64,000 nucleotides of DNA from the NCBI GenBank assembly GCA_002633005.1, contig NMRA01000317.1, positions 1 through 64,000 on the forward strand, given 5' to 3'. A program made the position numbers and the translations under genes. The first letter of the stretch is position 1. Every line of letters starts with the position of its first letter. This DNA comes from Phoronis australis (lineage: Eukaryota > Animalia > Phoronida). The notes under the pieces are model-generated. The model ran no database searches, was not told the DNA's origin, and was given only the letters and a program-made list of their open reading frames with translations. This document shows, piece after piece, positions 37,046 to 47,010 of the stretch.

Positions 37046-37788
37046 TCACTAGTCACCAGAAAACCTTAAACAATTGAAAACACGTTAAAAAGATTGAACA
37101 TGTTGTGCGCAATCAATGGGTTAGAGATCATTCACTAGGCCTAAACCTTTAAACAACTGGTAGTAACAATAGGCTGAANCTGCCACTAGGAGGCGCCACA
37201 GTAGTTGAGGTCATCGGAAAATCACTGTTGGCTGTCTTCTTCATATTAGGAACATTAGAATTTAGAATGGTTTAGTTGACAGAGGGGCGAATGCCAAAAA
37301 CAGATTCCAAAACAGTGAAAATGGCCACTAGGTGGCGCAAAGTACCTCAAATCCATCTAAAAACGGGAGGATAGCATCATCTCACTATCAGGTGCCTAAC
37401 TGCCAAATTTTATGAAAATCTGTTGAGGACCTCCGAAGATACAGAAGTAAACGTAAAAAACTAAAATTGCCACTAGGGGGCACACCAGAAGTCGGAGAGG
37501 TCTAACATTCGTCATCATCCATCATCAGCTTCAAAGGAACACATCTGCCAAATCTCAAAAACATCCTGTGAGAGATTTAGGAGGTACAGCTGTGGCTGCC
37601 GGATGCCCAGACAGAGATGACGGCACCCACATATAAATATGTGGGCGCATAAAAATCACTAGTCACCAGAAAACCTTAAACAATTGAAAACACGTTACAA
37701 AGATTGAACATGTTGTGCGCAATCAATGGGTTAGAGATCATTCACTTGGCCTAAACCTTTAAACAACTGGTAGTAACAATAGGCTGAA
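36570..37788. other. ~609-bp near-identical duplication on either side of the single N at 37179 (probable assembly/haplotype overlap)
   Basis: 36570-37178 and 37180-37788 differ only by scattered substitutions, and the junction is exactly the N. Confidence 0.8.
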
Positions 37789-38570
37789 AATCAATACAAA
37801 ATATGTTTAAATTACCAAAATAATACAGCACTTAATACAGAATATCCTATTTGATATATTAGCTAAATAAAATTCACACACTTTTTTTAAGTGGGAATGA
37901 AAACCATAACTTCCTTTAAACGTTGACTCGCAAAATGGCACATCGTCCTGTACAGGATAGGCGTTTGATGCAGGCCCACACAGGACCTGATAACCCCCNA
38001 ACCCCCCCCCCCCCCTCCAGTACTGCAAACATTACAAATGGCATTTCATGCTTTCGTGTAACATTTTTTACTGTCCTGGTTGAAATAGTCTCATGAAAAT
38101 ATCTACCAAAATTAACTGGGAATGGACAGCTTTAAATTTACTAGGTTGTGGTAATGCAACAACGGAGCTACCTGTGGAAATGCATACAATCAGGTAGCCA
38201 GTCACGTGAGCCCGTTATCTCACAGACACTCTTGTGCTAATGAAATGCTTTCTGCACTCAATATACCCAGGTGATATAAAGAGGAGGCTTTCGTCATTAG
38301 CACCATCTCATGACACACACTGTAAAGTCTTCCATTCCCCATTGTGATGGCTGAAAGCAAGTAGAATTCCCCAAACTATGATTGCCAAGTGCGAGCTGAA
38401 GTTAGCCATCATGAGCAAACCGTACATGAACTGTATTTTTGGTTAAGGCAACGAGTTAGCCATACTTTTCTTCCATCCCCACCAGCAGAGCTTTGTGCAG
38501 TCTAGATCTTTGGCAAGCAAATCAAATACTCGCTATGTAAAATCTCCATTGTTAGTAATGATTTCTCCAC

Positions 38571-38733
38571 TCACAGTCGGGCTTGGGGAGATCCCTTACA
38601 CCACTCTATACCATCCTTCAATGCTGCCACAATCCTGCGAACATTGTTCACACTGGCATTGTATCCCATCATGCCTATTCTCATCACTTTGCCTTGCGTC
38701 GGCCCAAGTCCGCCTCCCACTTCAATACGATAC
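38571..38733 (-). CDS. AGXT: AGXT last coding exon
   Basis: [26 protein letters not shown]...GSPQARL TGA. Confidence 0.94.
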
Positions 38734-41700
38734 CTGTAAATAACAGCAGCTATATGTTGCCCATATTGCTGTCAGTGATACATTACAAGACAATTTCTAA
38801 TACAAGTACAGTATACAAACATTGTTAAGTCTGGTGTGCACGCCACCTGTTAGACAGATCACATGACCTTATGAAGATACGTCTGAAAAGTTGATGAGCG
38901 AGATGCCCACTGCTAAGTCTGATTGGATTTCTGTGTTTGACTGGTGGTCCCGATGGCTCAGTGACTATAGTAGAGCATCTGCACGGTTAGCAGAAGGTCC
39001 TGGGTTCGAATCCCATTCGGGGGCAGAAATTTTTTCAGATTTGTGTTCATTAGATCACATGATGTGGCTAACAGGTGGCATGCAGACCAGACTTAAAAAT
39101 GTTTATGATCTGTACTTCCACACCTGTTCAAGATTGTTTATATTCAGGCACAGTAATTCTTCACCTATTTAGCACACAAAATATCACGAATACTGTTATT
39201 GATATCATTCAATGCTAAATCATTTGAGAGAACGAACAACTTACTTTTTCATCACATATGAACTGAGAGCTTTCCAATCAATTCCACTGGGCACTTCAAA
39301 GGCAGTGCACGTAGGTAGACGCCATGACTGAAACAGACAGACAGAACCTCAGCGATTTACTCACGCTATCAAAAACACATCGCATATATCACTGTGCAAG
39401 TTCAAAAAACACAAGCTTGTTCCTTACACAAAGATGAAAAGCCATTTCTGGTTTTGGAAAATACTGTCAGACAGTCATTTTTGCTCGAAAGCATGTTTAG
39501 CACATGACCCGACAGGAGCCAAATTGTGGAGCCTGGTCTCAAGCAATAACTGTCTGCTATTTCCAAGCCCAGAAATAACCAATGATTTGATAGAAAAACA
39601 ACTTGAGACCAATTTCCTAATGACGAGGGGTCTAAATCAAAAGTTTGTTTCCAACTGACGGTAGAGTTACACCATTTTAAGTGAATGGGTTACCCAAGTG
39701 TGCAACAATTGCAACAAAAAGTATGCATAAAAGTGGAGGGTTTACAAATGACCATACTGTTTAACTCCAAATGTTCATGTCAGTACCAAATGTTCAAATT
39801 AGAGATCTCTCTACCGGAGGTTTACATTTAAAGCAATATGCAGCTGCTCATGCAGTTATGTCCCATTGAATGTATATCTATCTGTGGTATGCAACCCTTT
39901 GCATGACAAGACATGAGTTTAGCACTGAAAATGTGCAGAGAAAAACTGGTTTGACAGGGGGGTCCAGGAGGACATCAACATCCAAGCCCTAAAACCTTCT
40001 CTCAAAAAGCTAGGTGGCGCCACATTCAAATTGTCATCCAAGTGACAATGTCACCACACAAACGAGATCTCACGTGACCGTAGTTCCTGTCACTAGTAGT
40101 CAATGTCAGCCCATCGAGGGAGACAATATTTTTCTGAGGATCTAGGAATTAAGTAAATAGAGTCTAGCACCCCAGGTGCAAATAATAATAATAGTATGAA
40201 TTTCATGGATGTCTCAAGACCTACATTTTATTATCGTGAACTGCTTTAAGTACAAAAATCCCTGATCTGCAACAAAGACAAATTAAAACAGAAAAAATCA
40301 AGGCCAAATAGCAATAAGTACAAGAACCAACTTTTTCCTTAACAAACATCACAATCCCCATGGCCTCGAGCTCATCCATCAATAAATTCCAACACTTGTT
40401 GGTCCTCTCCCAGCATCGTTCCAAACCCTCCTCAGCAATGATTGCCAATCCTTCACGCATGGCATAGATAGTGAGGATTGGAGCCGTGTGGTGGTATCTG
40501 TAGAAAAAAGGTTTTGTGTTAAAAGGCTTGAATTCACCACCACTGAATATGTAAATTCGTATGAATTTCCAACAACGAAAGTGTTGGAATTATGCAAAGT
40601 TTAAAATAATGGTTCAAAATTATTGTGGTAACTTCATATTCTTCAACAGCAAAAATTCGCTCATGCCTTTTCACAATACTTTAAAGTCACATGCAGCGGT
40701 AGTTTTTTCGAAAACTAATTGTCACTTCAGCTTGCTATATTAAGCACTGCATGGAATTTTTAATTTGTTTTGACCATAATTTCAAAAGTACAAGTAGACT
40801 AATAAATAAAGATGAGCTGATGAGCTAGACATATAGGACTAAGAGACCTTCTAGGAGAGCCACATCCTGGTACGCCCCAGTAGTTGCCGAGTTCATTCAT
40901 GTCGAAGTAAAAGGACCTCACTTTTGTCTTCCGTCGAGCAATCTTTTCTCTTTAAATAAACAAGAATAGATGATGCACTGCAAAGTGCATGTTCAGAAAG
41001 AAAAACAAATCTCTTCACTAAATAAAAAGTGTTTCAAATGGGGGTGGGCCTTATTTGAATGAAAAGAGGATATTTCACACTCACAATGTGTCAGTCGAGT
41101 GTTTTCTAATAAGCATGCCCAGTAGAAGGAAATGTTGAACTGAGAACGCATTCAAAGGGGCATTGTTTATTTTGGTTTTGTGTACTTAGGTGAGAGCATT
41201 TGCTTGTTAAGCGAAATTTCCATAAAAATTTCCTGACTACTTAATTATTATTAATTAATTATTGAAACACCCTGGGTAAAAAACAATTAACCTGAATACA
41301 TATGTAGTGCTGAAATTCAACAAAAGCCTAATTTATCAGGATGTTCTTCATTTCCGATGCAATACACCATTTAATAGTGAAAAAGATGCAGACTCAAAAC
41401 AGCGCGTACCTTGCTCTTGGACTGAATGTAATTGGAGCGACACCTGGTGGAACGTTAAGAACCTTTTGCGAGCCACTATAGCACACGTCAATCTCTGTAA
41501 AAACAGAAACGATAAGGAACGTTTGAAAAGCAATTGCTTGAATATTGAAAACTAAGGCAAAAAGTCCCAAAGTCATAGAAAATACATATCAATAGTCACC
41601 CTCACGTGTCATTGTAAAAGTCAAAGGATGCAAAAAATTCGAATGGGAGAGCACACCATAACATAAAGACAGCCACTATCTGGTACAAACTCACCCCACT

Positions 41701-44700
41701 TGTCTACAAACAGTGGCACTCCACCCATGGCAGCTACCGAGTCCACAACAAGAAGACAACCATAGCTACAATACAGAACCACATCAATTACTTACACAGA
41801 ACGGGCACTCTGTTATAGCCTTCCTCAAACAGATTTTAGTTAATTCTAAATGTATTAGCTTACATTATACTGGTTTTAACAATACTTAAGCTAAATAGGA
41901 AAACATGAGTTGAACTATCACACAAATATACCTCAAATGATACATTAACTATATGTAGGACCTTACATCTAAATTATTATTTTTTGCAATATTGAATATC
42001 CCCGTGGCATTATGGCTGAATGACAGAGTAGCCAAAAAATTGGAAATCTATGTAGTTTTCAGTTACCTAAAGCTGCCATGACATACACTGAGAATTTGAT
42101 GAGTCAAATTGCTGAAAGAGAGAGAAAGGGTGTTAAAGGGAAGACAAGAGAGAGGTGCTGAGAGAAAAGGAGGGAGATGAGACAACCAGAGACTGGGAGA
42201 ATGTAGTCGTAATGACTCACCTGTGACAGAGTGAACCGAGTCCTTCTAGGGGCTGCAGGGTTGTAGATGTGGATTCTCCTTGAGTGACAAACATCACTGA
42301 AGGTCTGTGTTTCTGAAGGGCATTTCCAATATCTTGTAAGCTGAAGATATTGCCTAGAGGCTTCTCCAGTCGATGAACAACACCACCTGAAATTCAGAAA
42401 TAATTTTGGATAACATACGTTCTTGGCCAAATTATTATCAAAAATCTTACCGCCAGCGCACCAACTGAAAACTTAATATTTCAAAAACACAATACAAACA
42501 GATGCAACGTTTCATTCCTACATAAAAGCAGCACCATGCAAAAGAGAAGAAAATGTGAAAGAACTGATAGCAAAAAATCAGGGAAACACAGTGAACAGAT
42601 AATTTGGTAACTATTTTTTCTCTGTGGTCGGTATTGCAGACATTCTTCAATTCTTGACACACAACTACAGCCAAAGACTGGTGTTAAGGCCCTTCAAATA
42701 TCAGCATGACATCAAGATTCATTTCACGTTGCGCGGTAAATTAATATGACAAGGATACCGCTTACCATGTCTCTCAGCCATATCAGCGAACCTCATGCCC
42801 CACAGTCCAGCTATGATGACCAGTACAACATCATCTTCCTCCACCAGGTTACAACAGGCGGTTTCCATGGCGGCATGACCTTAAAAAGATAACGTATAAC
42901 ATGGCCTTAACACCTGAGTAATAAATAAATAACTCTAAAACTTGGAAATTGTTTCACACATTACCATAACCACAAGCATAAGCCCAACCCAACTTTGTTT
43001 TTCTTGTGTATAAGTCCCCCCTCTCTCAATTTTACTCTCTGTGGTTTGGCCAGCTAACCCAAAGCTGCCTCAGAAAACACATTCCAATAGAGTATATTAA
43101 TATGTTAGTCAGCAAGCATATATCACTCGCACTACAAACCACATTAGTTTAAGTCGTGGAAAGTGGGCAAATGTTTGTAGAAGCGGATGTGATCCATAAA
43201 AATTGATTTCCTTAATCTACAATAGCATAGTCTCTTCAGTTTGGGACATTAACTGAGACGTGCCCAACAGATAATTTGTGATTGAAAGACAAAGGAAGAG
43301 ACCATTATTTTTCCTTGGAAGCATTAAGTATCATTTTAGGCAACCATATTAATAAGTTATATTTCTTACAGCCACGTCTGTTTCAAAATGACAGAAATGA
43401 CCTCCAATTTTCATGAGAAATAATTTTCAAATTTCAATTATTACGAATCCGTTGAAAGTTATGCTGCAATAAACAATTACAGTAATGTAACTGATTGTTT
43501 CTAAGTTCGCAATGTTGCCAATTTTTGGACTATTTCTTGCTAATTGAAATATAAACTTTGAATTGCATTTGATCTCTTTCTCTATCTATGAAATCAATGA
43601 CTTGTCAACTCAACTAATACATAACTAGAGAACCAACAATTTTACTGACCTTTTAGCTGAAACAACAGATGTGCCAATAAATCAGACTTCTAACTACTAA
43701 TGAGACTTATCACTTCACGCATATTATTAATGGGCTTTATTTCTCCTACACCTGACTCTCAAGGCTGAGAATGATGGGTGGATATGGAATTTTGGGCTAG
43801 GAGTACGTAACTAATCCCCATAATGGTTTAGAATTTTGGAGATAGTTGTAAATGATTAGTGTCTTTCACACACAACAGGCTTTTTGAAATTGACATACAA
43901 GGTCAGTGAACCCTGCTTGTAGTCATACAACTGTCCCAGTTGGACTGTGTAAGTAAACACAGCTTATTAAAGGGTTTATGGTCCTGGCTGAGAAAATAAT
44001 TGTTTTATTACCCCCTATCGATTCTGAGTAGCCAAGCCCAAAATGGCTCATCAAAGGAGTGCTAACTTACCTGTGCCAGACACACAGAGCGTCATGTCGT
44101 TCCTAGTTTGGAATGTGTACTTAAGACCGTCTTTCACTTCATCCATGATCTAGACTCGATAGATAAAGGCATCAAGAACCATTAACAATAACTGACATTT
44201 TCAAAATATAGGCTTCCACATCCAACTTCATGACCACTCCTCCATGTAAATTTCACTGCATTATGATAAGTGGCAGTGTATACAAGCCAAGTCGCCCCCT
44301 TGTGTAAGGTAGACACAATATAGGTTGGGACATATCGACAAAGGAACAGCAATGATTTCGCTTGTTATTTCTTTTTTCATCTGTCGTAGTTAACTGATTT
44401 TTTCTATTCAAACAATGAAAATTTTGATGATGAATTGTACTTTTCATAGTTCACAGTGTCTAAAATGGGTGGGAAAGAATGTTGACACAAACAGGCAGAG
44501 GTTACCACGGACAACCATCTCCGTTCCCCAAACAAAAGAAGTCAGTCATTAAAGTCCACACAAGTGCATATTGTAATTACAACCAGTTAGAAGCACTCAT
44601 AGTTACTGGTTACAAAATGAGACATAGCACGATATAATAGACAGGGATATTGTCTTGGGTGATCATTTTTCCGGAAACAGAGGTAATGCGTTGGTCAGGA

Positions 44701-45361
44701 TTTTGAATGTGCACTGAAACCCACGGCCTCAAAACACGTGACAATTAGATTACAGTCCCACTCATCGGCAATAAGGTGAAGACTGAAAGATGAATGCACA
44801 AAGCCTCGCGATTGTCGTGGAAACTGTGTCACACCCTTATTACGGTGGTTAGTACAGTACAAGCCAAAAGTATTCAGACAAAATAACCGAGAATTCCTCG
44901 TCTTGATGGCTGGGTGGAAGCTGAATGCACTGTCATAGCAGTCTTCCCTCGTGACCGAAAATGAAGGGAAATTGACAAGAAAGTTAGTAAGGTGGCCAAG
45001 TCATTCTGTAATTAGAAGTTCACTGCTTCGATGGGTATTATCAATCATTATCGCTGTGAACAGAACGAGCTGTCGTGACAGGAAACAGCACTTTGTCGCA
45101 TTACTTTTGACTAGAACTGTATGTAAACACACTGGGTTATTGACAAGGTCGACTAATTGCTCTGTGGTGCTGTAACAGGCAATCACTCTACTAACTCAAA
45201 CTTACCTTGAAGAATTCGGGATGTGTTTGGCCTAAAATGGGGAGAGTTCCAGAGGCAGCAATTCGAGGTGACACATTGCTGGGTCCAGGGCCCATCATAA
45301 GCTTGAAGGGAACCTCTAAAGGCTTCCTCAAAGACTCAGGGGGTGGAAACACACCACTCAT
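38571..45361 (-). CDS. AGXT: Alanine-glyoxylate / serine-pyruvate aminotransferase (class V PLP enzyme), 394 aa, C-terminal PTS1 (ARL)
   Basis: complement(join(38571-38733,39245-39327,40332-40497,40848-40949,41410-41494,41695-41765,42221-42386,42766-42879,44071-44149,45206-45361)) = 1185 nt. Motifs: [40 protein letters not shown] (PLP lysine), SFYFD...NYWG, YHHT, RLPT, GGGLGP...MRIGMMG. Confidence 0.96.
38817..39104 (+). mobile_element. inverted-repeat element enclosing a tRNA-like cloverleaf (38947-39025)
   Basis: About 70-bp imperfect inverted arms (ttaagtctggtgtgcacgccacctgttag / ctaacaggtggcatgcagaccagacttaa); A box, B box and T-run inside. Confidence 0.75.
39245..39327 (-). CDS. AGXT: AGXT coding exon 9
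   Basis: [27 protein letters not shown]. Confidence 0.93.
40332..40497 (-). CDS. AGXT: AGXT coding exon 8
   Basis: [26 protein letters not shown]...MFVKEK. Confidence 0.94.
40848..40949 (-). CDS. AGXT: AGXT coding exon 7
   Basis: [25 protein letters not shown]...SPR; weak donor AAG|gtctct, but the phase fits the next exon. Confidence 0.88.
41410..41494 (-). CDS. AGXT: AGXT coding exon 6 (PLP lysine)
   Basis: [28 protein letters not shown]. Confidence 0.95.
41695..41765 (-). CDS. AGXT: AGXT coding exon 5
   Basis: [23 protein letters not shown]. Confidence 0.94.
42221..42386 (-). CDS. AGXT: AGXT coding exon 4
   Basis: [30 protein letters not shown]. Confidence 0.93.
42766..42879 (-). CDS. 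AGXT: AGXT coding exon 3
   Basis: [38 protein letters not shown]. Confidence 0.94.
43789..44044 (+). mobile_element. ~255-bp interspersed repeat (MITE-like), family A
   Basis: Short TIR ATTTTGGGCT/AGCCCAAAAT; core caaggtcagtgaaccctgct...caactgtcccagttggactgtgtaa shared with copies near 143, 547 and 53540. Confidence 0.7.
44071..44149 (-). CDS. AGXT: AGXT coding exon 2
   Basis: [27 protein letters not shown]. Confidence 0.94.
44855..45119 (+). mobile_element. Tc1/mariner-type MITE, same family
   Basis: TA|CAGTACAAGCCAAAAGTATT ... TTACTTTTGACTAGAACTG|TA. Confidence 0.8.
45206..45361 (-). CDS. AGXT: AGXT coding exon 1 (exon acceptor at 45372, ATG at 45361)
   Basis: [34 protein letters not shown]...HPEFFK|gtaagt. 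Confidence 0.93.
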
Positions 45362-46768
45362 TGTCAACAGACCTGTTCAAAAAAAAAACAATCTGCTTGC
45401 TTCAACAACCAATATATTTGCTCCTCATTCCATTAGTTGAAAGTGTGACCTTAATAACGGAATTTTTATATTTTTGTTTGTTGGAAATTTTTCCGTATTT
45501 CAAAGTCTAATGTGTTCACTGCAAATAATTGAAAGTTTTGCCAAATAATTCTACGACATACACACAGCACAAACCAAGAAGCCTTGGTGCAATGGTGTAT
45601 AAATATACAGGTATGTATAAATATACAACTTTGGAAAGAATTGGGTAAAAGGTGAGCAAAATATAATCTTGCACAAAGTTAACATCCTAAAACTACACTC
45701 TTCCCTTAGCAACCTAATGAGGTTAGTGGCGCGAAAAGAATGCTGTTAGTCCATCATTCTGCGTGAACTTTGAGTGCCATGAAACTGAGTGCCATCTGTA
45801 GGCCAATCTCTATTTTCACCAATTTTTCACTTCTCTTTTTCACAAAGTTGCTCACAGTTCACAACAAACTACTAGAAGTGGGTGCACTTCCTTAGTACTT
45901 TTGAGTACTTTACTAACAGGGAAACAAAATTCTCAGGAAATTTTGCTTCAGCGAAGTTGTCATCATCTCCCAAAAGATGTCACTTTACCAAACCAAAATC
46001 AAGTACATGGCGCATACGCGTGTCTTGACCGTACTGGCTTGAAAGTTTTGTCTGACTTTACTTCTATACAAAAGCGGAAGAATGATATAAGATGTTCATA
46101 AGGTTGTGTTTCTTCAACCGTAACTTACACAGATAAGTTAAATTTCCAGTTTTACCAACAACGTTCACTAACTGACAGTATATAATTCAATACATCTCTG
46201 CATTACGACTAGTGTTGCAGGTGAGTAGAAATAAGTAAAAATTATCTTGTATTTTAACTTAATTTTATGAAATATGTAGGTCATCTGAAAGAAGAAATTT
46301 TGTGACAAGACAGCATATATTGGACTTGTCGATGTTTAAAGTCGCTCACTAGCACCGTGGCATAGAATTGACTTGTGATCTGGGCCCAGGTCTAATCTTT
46401 GTATTCAAAATCGATTTCGAAGAAGAACAGTTGATGGTAGAATCAGAAAAACGGAAATTGGTCAATAACCTTTATTACTAGTAGTAGGTGGTGCTCTACT
46501 CATCTATCATGGCACTGAAAGCCAGTTAACGCACATTACAACCACTCCACAACTTTAGCCATGGAAATATGGTAGAATGGCAATTTCCCAGCACTGTTAA
46601 GTAATTTAGCTTTCAAGGAAGAATGTAATTTTTAATAACACTAATTTTGCATTCAAATTGTATTTGGCCATTTTTACCCAATAGGGCATAATCCTGTTCA
46701 GTGACTTTACCAGACATAGATGGTTGTGACTGTGCGGTAACATCTACCTCCTTTGTTAACTGCCGAGC

Positions 46769-47010
46769 GAGGAGGTAGTGTGGCCTGGTTGATAAGTGCC
46801 CGCTTTCTTAACTCGAGGTCGTGGGTTCAACTCCCACCAGGTCACCCTGCTAAACCCTTGAGCCAGGTTTCTAGCTCCTCAGCTCGGTTTTAGCCACATA
46901 TTAATAAAGCATAAAAATATTTCCAGGTGATCAGTGCAATGGGCCCACATGCGAGGCCTGCGCACGTCTGGTACAACGTGTATCAGACCGCCAGCAATTA
47001 TTTTTTTATA
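46769..47010 (+). mobile_element. tRNA-derived SINE, full length
   Basis: A box TGGCCTGGTTG, B box GGTTCAACTCC, TTA/T-rich tail, perfect 12-bp TSD TAACTGCCGAGC (46757-46768 and 47011-47022). Confidence 0.85.

Noticed and set aside
37180-37788. Second tandem Helentron-like copy
   Set aside because: The duplication includes unique flank and starts exactly at an N; most likely an assembly overlap.
38947-39025. Functional tRNA gene (Thr-GGT by position)
   Set aside because: Anticodon loop lacks the pyrimidine-U33 pattern, the D loop is enlarged, the acceptor stem is imperfect and it lies inside a repeat; treated as tRNA-like.
45362-46220. N-terminal mitochondrial presequence for AGXT from an upstream exon (donor at 46128)
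   Set aside because: In-frame TGA with no later ATG; the 49373-49494 exon has no ATG either.
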